From: Octopus bimaculoides
Taxonomy: Eukaryota
Direction: 5' to 3'
Length of the DNA stretch: 52,420 nt
Assembly: GCF_001194135.2 (NCBI RefSeq)
Contig: NC_069005.1
Location: 12,922,210-12,974,629 of the forward strand
Positions within the stretch are counted from its first letter, which is position 1. The number at the start of each line of letters is the position of its first letter. The translations under genes and the position numbers were made by a program. Below, piece by piece: positions 1 through 13,639 of the stretch. Below the pieces are notes generated by a model, which saw only the letters and a program-made list of their open reading frames with translations, made no database searches and had not been told where the DNA came from.

Positions 1-190
1 ATGTATGTTTGTATGTGTGTGTTTGCGTCCCCGTAACCAAGCGGTCGGTTCGGCAAAAGTGAGTGATAGAATAAGTTCCAGGTCTTAGAAATAAAAAGCA
101 TTGGGGTCGATTTGTTCGACTAAAAATTCTTCAAGGTGGTGCTCCAGCATGGCTACAGTCTAATGAGTGAAACAAGTAAAAGATAAAAGG
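1..190 (+). mobile_element. 3' half of the abundant tRNA-derived SINE (here 'family M')
   Basis: ...gcggttcggcaaaag..gatagaataagt...ggggtcgatttg.tcgact..aaggtggtgctccagcatgg...gaaacaagtaaaagataaaag, as in >15 other copies. Confidence 0.85.
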
Positions 191-2576
191 TGTGTGTGTG
201 TGTGTGTGTATGTGTGTGTGTGTGTGTGTGTGTGTTTGCGTGTGTGCATGGAGAGAGATAAAGTGAATGAGAAAGAGAGAGAGAGAGAGAGTTTACCTTT
301 TGATGCAAGTCTGAGGAAGTACCATTCCAATGAAATTAACCCCAAATTTGAAATAATTTTCGTCCAATGGTATTAGAAACGGAATGGCACGGAAACAATT
401 GTAACAAATATTAAAGATGTGCTAAATTCATTCTTTGACCTCTTATATGGTTGACATAAATACGTGTGTGTGCGTGTGTGAGTGTGTGTGTGTATACATA
501 TATACCAGAGTAAGCGCATTAATGTGAGACAATGTGGGGAAAAATAGTGCTCAACTACCGGAGGTAGAGTAATATGCTCTGTTATTAAAGCTGCAAAAAT
601 ATCACAAAATACTGCCCGTTCATCGGGCACAATTGCGATCACTTCGACACCCAACGTGTGGCACATTGGTGCACCTCTTCAGGTAACGTCGATTTGATGG
701 AGTGAGTGAGCCGATGTACAGCACATAGATTTGAACACTATAAACGAATCATTTGTGAAGGTTATTCAGCAAAGACTGAACACTTATATGTCGCCTTCGA
801 CGGGGGAGTCTATCATATGTATATATATATATGCGTGTGTGTGTGTGATAAATTAAAATTTTTATCACACAGTCACTTATCCCTATAATTCTGACTTAGA
901 TTAGCTGACCGAAAACTCTTATTTCTCAATTCAATTCCATATTACGGCCATTCAATATTTACTGTCTCTCAAAATTACACGACAGAAATCTCCCTCGTGT
1001 TCTGGGCCTAATCCCTCTCTGCTTCTATTACTACCATTCTCTTAAACTATGCGACAGAAATCCCTAAAGTACATCTCTCTCTATCTACCTCGTGTTATCG
1101 CCTAACCTCTAACCCTCTGCCTTACTCTGTCTCTCTCGACCACGCACATTATACGAGCTAACTTGGAATAAAACAATAACAGCGGATATGTTGTCTATCG
1201 CCTTGTAGCTGTCTCACCGCCATCTGCGTCATCTATATTTTACGAAAACTTCATTTAATTAATTTTGTTTTCAGGATTAGATTGTCTTTTCCTCGTTTTC
1301 TTCATTTTTTTTTTTTTACGAATTTTCATCATCCCTCGGAGGAACTTTTGTCTGCTGACTATATGAAAAATCTCATATGATTGATTTTTCAAGTCACTAT
1401 ATTCATCTGCATCAGATATCATTTCCTGTCTTCATGCCGGCGGAATACCCTGGTTAACTATTTAAGTCTTATATATTCACAATATTTTAAATCTGTCCAA
1501 ATCTTGATATTATCTCTGCAAGAGTAATTTGGGGATTTGCTCTTCCTCTCTTCAATTTCATTTTGCTTTCTGCTCAAAAATTTTCTGCAAACCATTTTTC
1601 TTTCTTTTTCTTTCATTTTTTTTTTTTTTGAGATATATGCGTTCAAAATATGTTTAGCTTTCTCTGATTGTATCACCTAAAATTTTCTTGGTTTTTCAAA
1701 TTCTTAGCAACGTGAAGTAAAGCTAGCCTCGAATTATAGGACTCATACGGCCAGTTACCCGGTTTCCAAGACGTGTATGGGATCGAAATCTCAGCATCAC
1801 CCCTGAATGGAACGGCAGTCCGTTGCAGTGCTACTCATTACATCTGAGTGAACTGGAGCGACGGGAAATGAACTTTTTNNNNNNNNNNNNNNNNNNNNNN
1901 NNNNNNNNNNNNNNNNNNNNNNNNNNNNNNNNNNNNNNNNNNNNNNNNNNNNNNNNNNNNNNNNNNNNNNNNNNNNNNNNNNNNNNNNNNNNNNNNNNNN
2001 NNNNNNNNNNNNNNNNNNNNNNNNNNNNNNNNNNNNNNNNNNNNNNNNNNNNNNNNNNNNNNNNNNNNNNNNNNNNNNNNNNNNNNNNNNNNNNNNNNNN
2101 NNNNNNNNNNNNNNNNNNNNNNNNNNNNNNNNNNNNNNNNNNNNNNNNNNNNNNNNNNNNNNNNNNNNNNNNNNNNNNNNNNNNNNNNNNNNNNNNNNNN
2201 NNNNNNNNNNNNNNNNNNNNNNNNNNNNNNNNNNNNNNNNNNNNNNNNNNNNNNNNNNNNNNNNNNNNNNNNNNNNNNNNNNNNNNNNNNNNNNNNNNNN
2301 NNNNNNNNNNNNNNNNNNNNNNNNNNNNNNNNNNNNNNNNNNNNNNNNNNNNNNNNNNTATTAGCAGGATTTGATGTTGGTCCTCTTTCATCTTTTACTT
2401 GTTTCACTCAATCGATTGTTTCTTACCATGCTGGCACCGCCTTGAAGAGTTTTAGTTGAACAAATTGACTCCCGTACTTATAACTTTAAATTCGGATGTT
2501 AACATTGTCGGCTTCATTTGTTCAAACACTAAATTACAGGGACCAAAAATGAAACAGCGCAAATACATTGACACAG

Positions 2577-2611
<35 letters not shown>

Positions 2612-2653
2612 CACACACACACACAGACACACACACTCACACGCACGTATATA

Positions 2654-2684
<31 letters not shown>

Positions 2685-2989
2685 CAAGGAAGAAGAAGAT
2701 GGAGATTGCGAAGTTTAAGAATTTATTATCAACAACTTTATCATTATCTCTTACAGCTGTTCCAATTATGCACAGTGAATTAATTGAATATTAAATTCAT
2801 AGTTCTGAGCATAAACTCTTATTAACTTCACAATCTCTATTTTCTTCTTCTTCCTTTATATAAATATAAACTACAGTTTATTTACATACCTATTATTTTC
2901 GGGAAATCAATTTCCCCAAAATATTAAGTATTGAACCAGTATTTCCTAGGATGACACAATTCTTTCATGACACTAACATAACCTCTAAT

Positions 2990-3038
<49 letters not shown>

Positions 3039-4072
3039 NNNNNNNNNNNNNNNNNNNNNNNNNNNNNNNNNNNNNNNNNNNNNNNNNNNNNNNNNNNNNN
3101 NNNNNNNNNNNNNNNNNNNNNNNNNNNNNNNNNNNNNNNNNNNNNNNNNNNNNNNNNNNNNNNNNNNNNNNNNNNNNNNNNNNNNNNNNNNNNNNNNNNN
3201 NNNNNNNNNNNNNNNNNNNNNNNNNNNNNNNNNNNNNNNNNNNNNNNNNNNNNNNNNNNNNNNNNNNNNNNNNNNNNNNNNNNNNNNNNNNNNNNNNNNN
3301 NNNNNNNNNNNNNNNNNNNNNNNNNNNNNNNNNNNNNNNNNNNNNNNNNNNNNNNNNNNNNNNNNNNNNNNNNNNNNNNNNNNNNNNNNNNNNNNNNNNN
3401 NNNNNNNNNNNNNNNNNNNNNNNNNNNNNNNNNNNNNNNNNNNNNNNNNNNNNNNNNNNNNNNNNNNNNNNNNNNNNNNNNNNNNNNNNNNNNNNNNNNN
3501 NNNNNNNNNNNNNNNNNNNNNNNNNNNNNNNNNNNNNNNNNNNNNNNNNNNNNNNNNNNNNNNNNNNNNNNNNNNNNNNNNNNNNNNNNNNNNNNNNNNN
3601 NNNNNNNNNNNNNNNNNNNNNNNNNNNNNNNNNNNNNNNNNNNNNNNNNNNNNNNNNNNNNNNNNNNNNNNNNNNNNNNNNNNNNNNNNNNNNNNNNNNN
3701 NNNNNNNNNNNNNNNNNNNNNNNNNNNNNNNNNNNNNNNNNNNNNNNNNNNNNNNNNNNTTACGGAGACGTAAACACACCAACGTCGGTTGTCAAGCGAT
3801 GATGGGGGGGGGGACAAACACAGACACAAACATTCATATATATATATATATATACATATATAAGACAGGCTTCTTTTAGTTTCTGTTTACCAAATCCACT
3901 CACAAGGCTTTGGTCGGCTCGAGGCTATAGTAGAAGACACAAGCCCAAGGTGTCATTCAGTGGGACTGAACCCGGAACCATATATATGTTGAAGGAAAGA
4001 AAATGGAGAGAATTGGATGTATGAAAAATTTATTTCTATGTTAAAAATTGTTGAAAAATTTCTTTTAATAAA

Positions 4073-4845
4073 CATTACAATACAAATAAAAAAAACCTAC
4101 ATATGTATCTGTACTATTCCATAATTAATTAGAAATTCGAAGAATATGGTTAAATACTAAGGAAAAAGTCATATTTTAACGACATGGAGTACAACTTCGG
4201 GGTTTTTGTGAACTTGTAGGGTTTAAGTTATCACTGTTGAAGGATGCATTGAGAGTTTACGATAACCTCTCCACCTCTCCATGCATCCTTCAATAATGAT
4301 AACCTAAACCCTACAAGTTCACAAAAACCCTGAAGAAGTTCATAAAACCCCATATCGTTAGAATATAAAGTTTTTCTTAGCATTCTACCATATGCTTCGA
4401 AATTCTAATTAACTATGGGATAGCACAGAAACATATATAAATAAAAAGGGTAGCAAAACTATACAGAGTTATACTACCATTGGCCTAGCATGTAAAAAAG
4501 TCAATAGACAACATATTCAATATAAAGTATAAGAGAAATTACCCATAACAGGTAACTTCTACATGCTAGAAGGCAGTCAAAAACGACCACGGCTGGTTAC
4601 TGAAGACGATTTGCCTAGTAAATTACTTTATTTACTAAAAAATCAGAAACCTATAGGTCTAACCGTTAAAAATAAGGTAAAAGGCTTTATTTTTTCTTCC
4701 CTTTGAAATGTTTTACTCTGTGGTTTTCGGTCGTTTTTGACTGCCTTCTAGCGTGTAGAAGTTACCTGTTATGGGTAATTTCTCTTATACTTTATATGGG
4801 ATAGCACAGAAACATATGTAGGTTTTTTATTTGTATTGTAATGCC
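4073..4845. repeat. Palindromic MITE-like element 1 with a nested second palindrome
   Basis: Long inverted arms (cattacaatacaaat...gaagaatatggttaaa vs reverse complement); the right arm is interrupted at 4437-4794 by an insert flanked by a 23-bp direct repeat. Confidence 0.75.
4521..4796. repeat. Palindromic MITE-like element 2 (~70-bp arms)
   Basis: tataaagtataagagaaattacccataacaggtaacttctacatgctagaaggcagtcaaaaacgacc (4521-4590) vs its near-perfect reverse complement (4729-4796). Confidence 0.8.
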
Positions 4846-6120
4846 CCATTGTAGGCCAAAGGTGGGATTCTCGGTTATATTTTCTGTGAGTAAATTTTCT
4901 TAAGCACCCTACGGTAATCATTTTGGATACATTCACTTGAGTTTACTTCGTTAGCATAGGTACCGCCCTTTGATAATCATGTTAGTAATTTTCCTTATAT
5001 ACATGTTCTTGATAACTTCTTTTCTTAAATTTTTAAAACATCCTGCGTCCCCCACCGCCTTAAATTGCAACTAACCGTTAATAAATTGTAGTATTCCCTC
5101 GGCTATTNNNNNNNNNNNNNNNNNNNNNNNNNNNNNNNNNNNNNNNNNNNNNNNNNNNNNNNNNNNNNNNNNNNNNNNNNNNNNNNNNNNNNNNNNNNNN
5201 NNNNNNNNNNNNNNNNNNNNNNNNNNNNNNNNNNNNNNNNNNNNNNNNNNNNNNNNNNNNNNNNNNNNNNNNNNNNNNNNNNNNNNNNNNNNNNNNNNNN
5301 NNNNNNNNNNNNNNNNNNNNNNNNNNNNNNNNNNNNNNNNNNNNNNNNNNNNNNNNNNNNNNNNNNNNNNNNNNNNNNNNNNNNNNNNNNNNNNNNNNNN
5401 NNNNNNNNNNNNNNNNNNNNNNNNNNNNNNNNNNNNNNNNNNNNNNNNNNNNNNNNNNNNNNNNNNNNNNNNNNNNNNNNNNNNNNNNNNNNNNNNNNNN
5501 NNNNNNNNNNNNNNNNNNNNNNNNNNNNNNNNNNNNNNNTCATATATACATACATATACAAACATATATATGTATATGTACATACTTATATATACATACA
5601 TGTGTGTATGTATATATACACATATACGTATATACATACATACATACATATATATGTATGTGTATATATGTGTATGAGCACGTGTGCGTGCGTATATGTA
5701 TATATATATGTGTGTGTGTGTGCATATATACATATATATATACATATACATATACACACACACACACACACACGTGCACATACAGATACACATATATGTA
5801 TGTATGTATTTGTGTATATATACATTTATGGCAGAAATAGTATGTGTGTGTGTGTGTGTGTGTACATATACACATATGGCAGAAACAGTAGAGTCTTGAA
5901 ACATAATTATATTTTTGAACATGTAGCAGACATGGCTGCTTGCTTAAGGAACTCGCTTTGCACCCTTGTGGTTTTGGGCTTAGTATCACTGCGTGGTACT
6001 TTGTGTAAGTGTCGACCCCGGGCCGACCAAAACCATGTGAGTGAATTTAGTTGGTGTCAACTGTGTGGTGAAACTGGAAGTTTATGTGTGCGTATGTGTG
6101 GTTATATGTATGTATTTATA

Positions 6121-6320
6121 TATTGGGTTGTCCGGAAAGTTCGTGCCGATTTTTAAAGGAAAGAAAAAGGTCAATAAATACTTGCCATTTATTTATTTAT
6201 GTGTTTCAGCCAAGTGGCTGCGGTCATGCTGGTGCACCATTACATTTTTAATCAACCAAACATGAACCATTTTGTTACACAATGCTTCTCCATCTTTCCT
6301 TTAACTTGAAAATACCCTCT
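6121..6320 (-). mobile_element. Mariner 3' end (TIR and transposase C-terminus) running into a gap
   Basis: TIR tattgggttgtccggaaagttcgtgccgattttt; the minus frame reads RGIFKLKERWRSIV*QNGSCLV, like the mariner C-terminus. Confidence 0.75.
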
Positions 6321-7669
6321 NNNNNNNNNNNNNNNNNNNNNNNNNNNNNNNNNNNNNNNNNNNNNNNNNNNNNNNNNNNNNNNNNNNNNNNNNNNNNNNN
6401 NNNNNNNNNNNNNNNNNNNNNNNNNNNNNNNNNNNNNNNNNNNNNNNNNNNNNNNNNNNNNNNNNNNNNNNNNNNNNNNNNNNNNNNNNNNNNNNNNNNN
6501 NNNNNNNNNNNNNNNNNNNNNNNNNNNNNNNNNNNNNNNNNNNNNNNNNNNNNNNNNNNNNNNNNNNNNNNNNNNNNNNNNNNNNNNNNNNNNNNNNNNN
6601 NNNNNNNNNNNNNNNNNNNNNNNNNNNNNNNNNNNNNNNNNNNNNNNNNNNNNNNNNNNNNNNNNNNNNNNNNNNNNNNNNNNNNNNNNNNNNNNNNNNN
6701 NNNNNNNNNNNNNNNNNNNNNNNNNNNNNNNNNNNNNNNNNNNNNNNNNNNNNNNNNNNNNNNNNNNNNNNNNNNNNNNNNNNNNNNNNNNNNNNNNNNN
6801 NNNNNNNNNNNNNNNNNNNNNNNNNNNNNNNNNNNNNNNNNNNNNNNNNNNNNNNNNNNNNNNNNNNNNNNNNNNNNNNNNNNNNNNNNNNNNNNNNNNN
6901 NNNNNNNNNNNNNNNNNNNNNNNNNNNNNNNNNNNNNNNNNNNNNNNNNNNNNNNNNNNNNNNNNNNNNNNNNNNNNNNNNNNNNNNNNNNNNNNNNNNN
7001 NNNNNNNNNNNNNNNNNNNNNNNNNNNNNNNNNNNNNNNATTTAATCAACCCCGAAAGGATGGAAAGGCGAAGTCGACCTCGGCGGAATTTGAACCCAGA
7101 ACGTAAAGATAGACGAAATGCCATCAAGCATTTCGCCCTGCGTACTAACGTTTCTTATTTCTTTACTGCCCACAAGGGGCTAAACATAGAGGGGACAAAC
7201 AAGGACATACAAAGGGATTAAATCGATTATATCGACCCCAGTGTGTAAATGGTACTTATTTAATCAACCCCGAAAGGATGAAAGGCAAAGTCGACCTCGG
7301 CGGAATTTGAACTCAGAACGTAGCGGCAGACAAAATACCGCTAAGCCTTTCGCCCGGCGTGCTAACGTTTCTGTCAGCTCTCTGCCTTATAAAAGATTTA
7401 ATATTGCTTCTCAGACAATTCTAAGTAGGGGGCCGGCGTTGCCTCAGTTTTAAAAATTTACCTTTTTACTATTGTTTTGTTTTGTTCTTTGAATTTATCC
7501 ATACGGGAGTGGCAGGGCCTAAAATAAAGTACCAGTAACGTATTAAGGGTCTCTGTATACCGGACTATATAACTCTATCGTTCTTTTTAGTATTTATAGT
7601 CTTGTGACTATGTTATGAATCAATGATTACTCCCTGTTAAGAAAAATTTCTAATATGTTCATTATAGGC

Positions 7670-7797
7670 ATCCCAAGCACATGGTTCCGGGTTCAGTCCC
7701 CCTGCATGGCACCTGGGGCAAGTGTCTTGTACTATAGCCTCGGGCTGACTAAAGCTTTGTTAGTGGATTATGTAAACGGAAACTGAAAGAAGCTCGT

Positions 7798-7834
<37 letters not shown>

Positions 7835-8027
7835 GTTTGTGTATGCGTGTGTCTTTGTGTCTGTGTTTGTCCTCCACCACCACTTGACACCCGGTGTCTT
7901 TACGTCCTCATAACTTTGCTGTTTGAATAAAGCGATCGATAGAATAAGTACCAGCCTTAAAAAGAAATAATGCTGAGGTCGACTCATTTGTTAAAAAAGA
8001 TCATCCAAGGCGGTGCCCCAGTACGGC
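7670..8027 (+). mobile_element. SINE family M copy
   Basis: tRNA-like head with B-box-like ggttcagtccc, central (TA)n/(TG)n microsatellite and conserved tail; runs into a gap. Confidence 0.85.
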
Positions 8028-8599
8028 NNNNNNNNNNNNNNNNNNNNNNNNNNNNNNNNNNNNNNNNNNNNNNNNNNNNNNNNNNNNNNNNNNNNNNNNN
8101 NNNNNNNNNNNNNNNNNNNNNNNNNNNNNNNNNNNNNNNNNNNNNNNNNNNNNNNNNNNNNNNNNNNNNNNNNNNNNNNNNNNNNNNNNNNNNNNNNNNN
8201 NNNNNNNNNNNNNNNNNNNNNNNNNNNNNNNNNNNNNNNNNNNNNNNNNNNNNNNNNNNNNNNNNNNNNNNNNNNNNNNNNNNNNNNNNNNNNNNNNNNN
8301 NNNNNNNNNNNNNNNNNNNNNNNNNNNNNNNNNNNNNNNNNNNNNNNNNNNNNNNNNNNNNNNNNNNNNNNNNNNNNNNNNNNNNNNNNNNNNNNNNNNN
8401 NNNNNNNNNNNNNNNNNNNNNNNNNNNNNNNNNNNNNNNNNNNNNNNNNNNNNNNNNNNNNNNNNNNNNNNNNNNNNNNNNNNNNNNNNNNNNNNNNNNN
8501 NNNNNNNNNNNNNNNNNNNNNNNNNNNNNNNNNNNNNNNNNNNNNNNNNNNNNCCCCCCCCCCTGGTTAATTACCCCCTCTCCAATACAATAAGAAGTT

Positions 8600-9480
8600 T
8601 TAAATCATCATCTGTTGTCCTCGGCGGTAATTATCCTGAGGGGAGTTATTGTCCATGGGGTGGGGGAATGTCCTAGACTCAGAAGAAACAGTGGTTAACA
8701 AATCACTGGTGTCGCAAATAGCCGGCGGGCTTTGTAAAAATTCCCTATTAGCAACGAAAGTGGAATTGGTTCAACGTCGATATACTACAGAAAGCCACAA
8801 AGCTGTTGCGTTTGTTTGGAGAAAGCTTCTATAGAAGCATAGTGTTAAAAAGCACAGGAATGTATGAGTGGCACATGAAAAGCCTCTAGCAGCGATGGTG
8901 GAATTGCTAAATCCAGATTTTTGCGTCTTTGGCCATCATCGGTAGTAATTATCCACCATCTAACGCATGCGTAGATAAAATTCACTTCTTGTGATATAGG
9001 AAAAACACTGATTAACAAATGATTGATGTCGCAAATAACCGATGGGCTTTGTAAAATTTCCCTATTAGCAACGAATGCAGAATTGGTTCAGAATAGCATT
9101 TTATGTATCTTACTTAACGTGGATATACTATAGAAAGCCACAAAATTATCGCATTCGTCTCGAGAAAATCTCTCTAATAGACGTATAGTTCTAAAAAGCA
9201 CAGAAATATATGGGTAGCAGCGACGGTGGAATTGCTAGATCGATATTTCTGTACTTTTTAAAGTCATCAATATCAACTAACAACCGCATGCCTTGATAAG
9301 TTTGGTGTCTATCGATATAGAAAAACAGTGATTAATGAATCACTTTTGACGCAAATAACTTGCGTCCTGTGTAAAATTCGTTATTAGCGACGAAAGCAGT
9401 ATTAGTTCAGAAATGGCAATCCGTATATCTTACTTAACGTGGATATAGTATAGAAAGCTATTACATTCGTTCTATGTAAA
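8600..9480. repeat. Diverged tandem repeat, ~320-bp unit, ~2.7 copies
   Basis: gaaa(a)acagtg.ttaa...tgtcgcaaata...tgtaaaa.ttccctattagcaacgaa...gatatacta.agaaagccac recurs at ~8685, ~9000 and ~9320. Confidence 0.8.
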
Positions 9481-10602
9481 ATAAAATATCAGTCATGTAC
9501 TGCGGCTCTCTGTATAATCGACTCGTCGACTATATCATTCTCTCAAACAGTTGTAGCCTTGTGACTGTGACAGGAATCGATAATTGCTTTCTATTAAGAA
9601 AAATAACTTTATTTTCATACCATCTGTCACCAAACCAACGAACAAATGACAACTGATTTCCTTTTTCTGTTCGTTGAAAAAGCGATAAATTTTATATTAT
9701 ATTTTATTTTATTTTACTTTATTTATATCTTTTTTCTTTTCTTATTTTTTTCCCCTTTATCCCTCAGAAGAGAAAATTCTATTTATCATCGTTTTCTTTC
9801 TCGTTTATTTATTTATCTATTTATTTAGTGTTATTCATTATATATTTTTGGAAACTTTCCAATATATCAATTAGAAGTCAATAGAGCAAACATGTTCGAC
9901 TTTTGGCTGGTGGGTGGACGGGTGGGTTATTACTATTTTTTTTTTTTTTTTTTCCTTTTTTGTCTGTCTGAAGAAGTAAATATTTTCACAAGCAAATGAA
10001 TATTGTTAGTTTTAAAATAAATCCAATTATACCACCTTTGCGTATCATTTCAACAAAAACATTTACCTTTGCTTGGCTCTTTCTCTCTCTTTCACACTCG
10101 CTTTCGTATCAATCTCTCTCCCTCTCTCTCTCTCTCAGTCTATCTATCTATCTCTTACACACACACACAAACTAAAATAGATATCTAACAGGTAGGGAAC
10201 GACAAAAATAGTAGTAATGTCAAGAAGAAGAAGAAGAAGAAGTAGAAACGGCAACGAAGACGTTGACGACGACGATTATGATAATGATGGAGATGACAAT
10301 GGCGAAGACAAAAAAGACGACGAGGAGGAGAATGACGTCGATGACCATGACGACGACGACAAGGCTGAATGATAACGATGATGACTGATGAATGATGACT
10401 GATGAATGATGACTATGATGACAATGAATCATGGCATCGATAATGAGGAAATAACATAATTATTCTTTTATTCCTTTATTCTTTTATTCTTATTTACAAA
10501 TTTTGAATGTTTTGTGACAAAAAATGAAAAATTAGGAACTGGATGTCGATTGTTGTACTTTGAAATGTTATGAGCAAAAATGGCCAAACCAGAAGCTTTC
10601 TT

Positions 10603-10641
<39 letters not shown>

Positions 10642-10855
10642 CTCATATATTTATTTATTCATTCATTTATTTTTAATTATCCAGTGCGCGACAGATATTT
10701 CTCTGGAGAACAATGTAACTGGAATTGTGCAAAAATTGTTTGGAATATCATTAAAATTCTATTGCTTCCTTTCTGCTACCAGCCAATCACCGCCTGTTAT
10801 ACGTAACTACAGGTGTGCGAATGCATGTGTGTGTGTGTGTGTGTGTGTGCGAATG

Positions 10856-10900
<45 letters not shown>

Positions 10901-10984
10901 CTTTCTTCCCTTTTACTCGATTCAAGCATAGGAGTGCGGTGATGCTGGTGCCCTGTCTTGTGGGGTTAGTTGTAAAAATCAACC

Positions 10985-11375
10985 CCAGTACTCTTTTACT
11001 CTTTTACTTGTTTCAGTCATTTGACTGCAGCCATGCTGGAGCACCGCCTTTAGCCGAGCAAATCGACCCCAGGACTTATTCTTTGTAAGCCTAGTACTTA
11101 TTCTATCGGATCTTTTGCCGAACTGTTAAGTTACGGGGACTTAAACACACCAGCATCGGTTGTCAAGCGAGGTTGAAGGAATAAACACAAACACACATAT
11201 ATACATATACATATATATACGACGGGCTTCTTTCAGTTTCTGTCTACCAAATCCACTCACAAGGCTTTGGTCGGCCCGAGGCTATAGTAGAAGACACATG
11301 CCCAAGGTGCCACACAGTGAGACTGAACCCGGAACCATGTGGTTGGTAAGCAAGCTACTTACCACACAGCCACTC
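10985..11375 (-). mobile_element. SINE family M, full-length representative
   Basis: Head gtggctgtgtggtaagtagcttgcttaccaaccacatggttccgggttcagtc, then microsatellite, then a tail ending in (gtaaaaga)n. Other copies (approximate): 2380-2480(-), 3760-3985(-), 13315-13635(+), 14000-14260(+), 15810-16020(+), 17262-17675(+), 20080-20465(-), 21805-21975(+), 35300-35760(+), 38530-38700(-), 41123-41421(+), 42920-43155(+), 43768-44170(+), 44400-44785(-), 46785-46975(-), 47820-47965(-). Confidence 0.9.
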
Positions 11376-11827
11376 CTTTTAAACATGCTACTTATTCTAT
11401 CAGTCTCATAGGTTAAACTGATAATTTACTGGGACGCAAACAAGCCAACATCGCTTACAAGATGATGGTTGTGGTAGTGTTGGTGATGCTGGAACGAACA
11501 GAAAACAAAAGACACACCAAGTACATACACAAAAGACATACATACATATCACTCTTCCACTAACATTATACTCATGCTTATAGCTTCTCTCCGCCCCCAC
11601 CCCCTCATGCCTATACCATTCCTTCACTGTTCGGTTTGATTATAACCAGAAATGACTCTCACAAGAATAGATTTCATTCTCTTGGTCGTTCAATTTTTCT
11701 CAACCAACCAATAGGTCGATTGACTAAAGCAATCAATACGAACCTATAATGACTAGCGGAAACAGATGTAAGTCGAATTCAGTGCAATAAAGAAATATGT
11801 AATGACCATTGCTTACGCCTTGTCATA

Positions 11828-11896
<69 letters not shown>

Positions 11897-11992
11897 ATAT
11901 TAGGAAATAAATTATCATTCCAACCTTACAGGTAAAATTCAGTATAATAAAATTAGACCGAATTTCGTAATATATAATATATGTATATAACT

Positions 11993-12217
11993 AATTTAGA
12001 GACGAACCAGCATTCCATAACTCAGTTAATGAAGAACCCGTCCAAAACCATGTTGTGAGACATATACCATACAAATACTAATCTAAAGTTTTAATAATAT
12101 ATAATATTGGACAGTAAGATTATTAGATTAGTATTTTGTATGGTATATGTCTCACAGTATGGTTTTGGACGGGTTCTTCATTGATTGAGTTGTGGAATGG
12201 TGGTTCGTCTTTAAATT
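11993..12217. repeat. Palindromic MITE-like element 3 (~93-bp arms)
   Basis: aatttagagacgaacc...tgagacatataccatacaaatactaatctaa vs reverse complement at 12122-12217. Confidence 0.8.
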
Positions 12218-12219
12218 AT

Positions 12220-12285
<66 letters not shown>

Positions 12286-13639
12286 TAAAAAGTGTAGGTG
12301 GCATACGAGTGGGTGTATATTTATAAAAAACAAGTTTGAAAAGATAANNNNNNNNNNNNNNNNNNNNNNNNNNNNNNNNNNNNNNNNNNNNNNNNNNNNN
12401 NNNNNNNNNNNNNNNNNNNNNNNNNNNNNNNNNNNNNNNNNNNNNNNNNNNNNNNNNNNNNNNNNNNNNNNNNNNNNNNNNNNNNNNNNNNNNNNNNNNN
12501 NNNNNNNNNNNNNNNNNNNNNNNNNNNNNNNNNNNNNNNNNNNNNNNNNNNNNNNNNNNNNNNNNNNNNNNNNNNNNNNNNNNNNNNNNNNNNNNNNNNN
12601 NNNNNNNNNNNNNNNNNNNNNNNNNNNNNNNNNNNNNNNNNNNNNNNNNNNNNNNNNNNNNNNNNNNNNNNNNNNNNNNNNNNNNNNNNNNNNNNNNNNN
12701 NNNNNNNNNNNNNNNNNNNNNNNNNNNNNNNNNNNNNNNNNNNNNNNNNNNNNNNNNNNNNNNNNNNNNNNNNNNNNNNNNNNNNNNNNNNNNNNNNNNN
12801 NNNNNNNNNNNNNNNNNNNNNNNNNNNNNNNNNNNNNNNNNNNNNNNNNNNNNNNNNNNNNNNNNNNNNNNNNNNNNNNNNNNNNNNNNNNNNNNNNNNN
12901 NNNNNNNNNNNNNNNNNNNNNNNNNNNNNNNNNNNNNNNNNNNNNNNNNNNNNNNNNNNNNNNNNNNNNNNNNNNNNNNNNNNNNNNNNNNNNNNNNNNN
13001 NNNNNNNNNNNNNNNNNNNNNNNNNNNNNNNNNNNNNNNNNNNNNNNNNNNNNNNNNNNNNNNNNNNNNNNNNNNNNNNNNNNNNNNNNNNNNNNNNNNN
13101 NNNNNNNNNNNNNNNNNNNNNNNNNNNNNNNNNNNNNNNNNNNNNNNNNNNNNNNNNNNNNNNNNNNNNNNNNNNNNNNNNNNNNNNNNNNNNNNNNNNN
13201 NNNNNNNNNNNNNNNNNNNNNNNNNNNNNNNNNNNNNNNNNNNNNNNNNNNNNNNNNNNNNNNNNNNNNNNNNNAAAAAATGTTTAAAAATTTATTTTAA
13301 AAAGATTACTTTAGTGTCTTCTACTATAGCCTCGGGCCGACCAAGCCTTGTGAGTGGATTTGGTAGATGGAAACTGAAAGAAGCCTATCGTATATATGTA
13401 TATATATATGTATGCATGTGTATATGTTGTGTATCTGTGTTTGTCCCCCGAACATCGCTTTACAACCAAATGCTGGTGTGTTTAGGTCCCTGTAACTTAA
13501 CGGTTCGGCAAAAGAGACCGATAGAATAAGTACCAGGCTTACAAAGAATAAGTCCTGGGGTCGATTTGATTTGACTAAAGGCGGTGCTCCAGCATGGCCT
13601 CAGTCAAATGACTGAAACAAGTAAAAGAGTAAAAAGTAA

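Noticed and set aside
5540-6156. HT/YI/CV-rich ORFs (also 29393-31194, 45549-45844 and many others)
   Set aside because: These are translations of (CA)n, (TA)n and (TG)n microsatellites.
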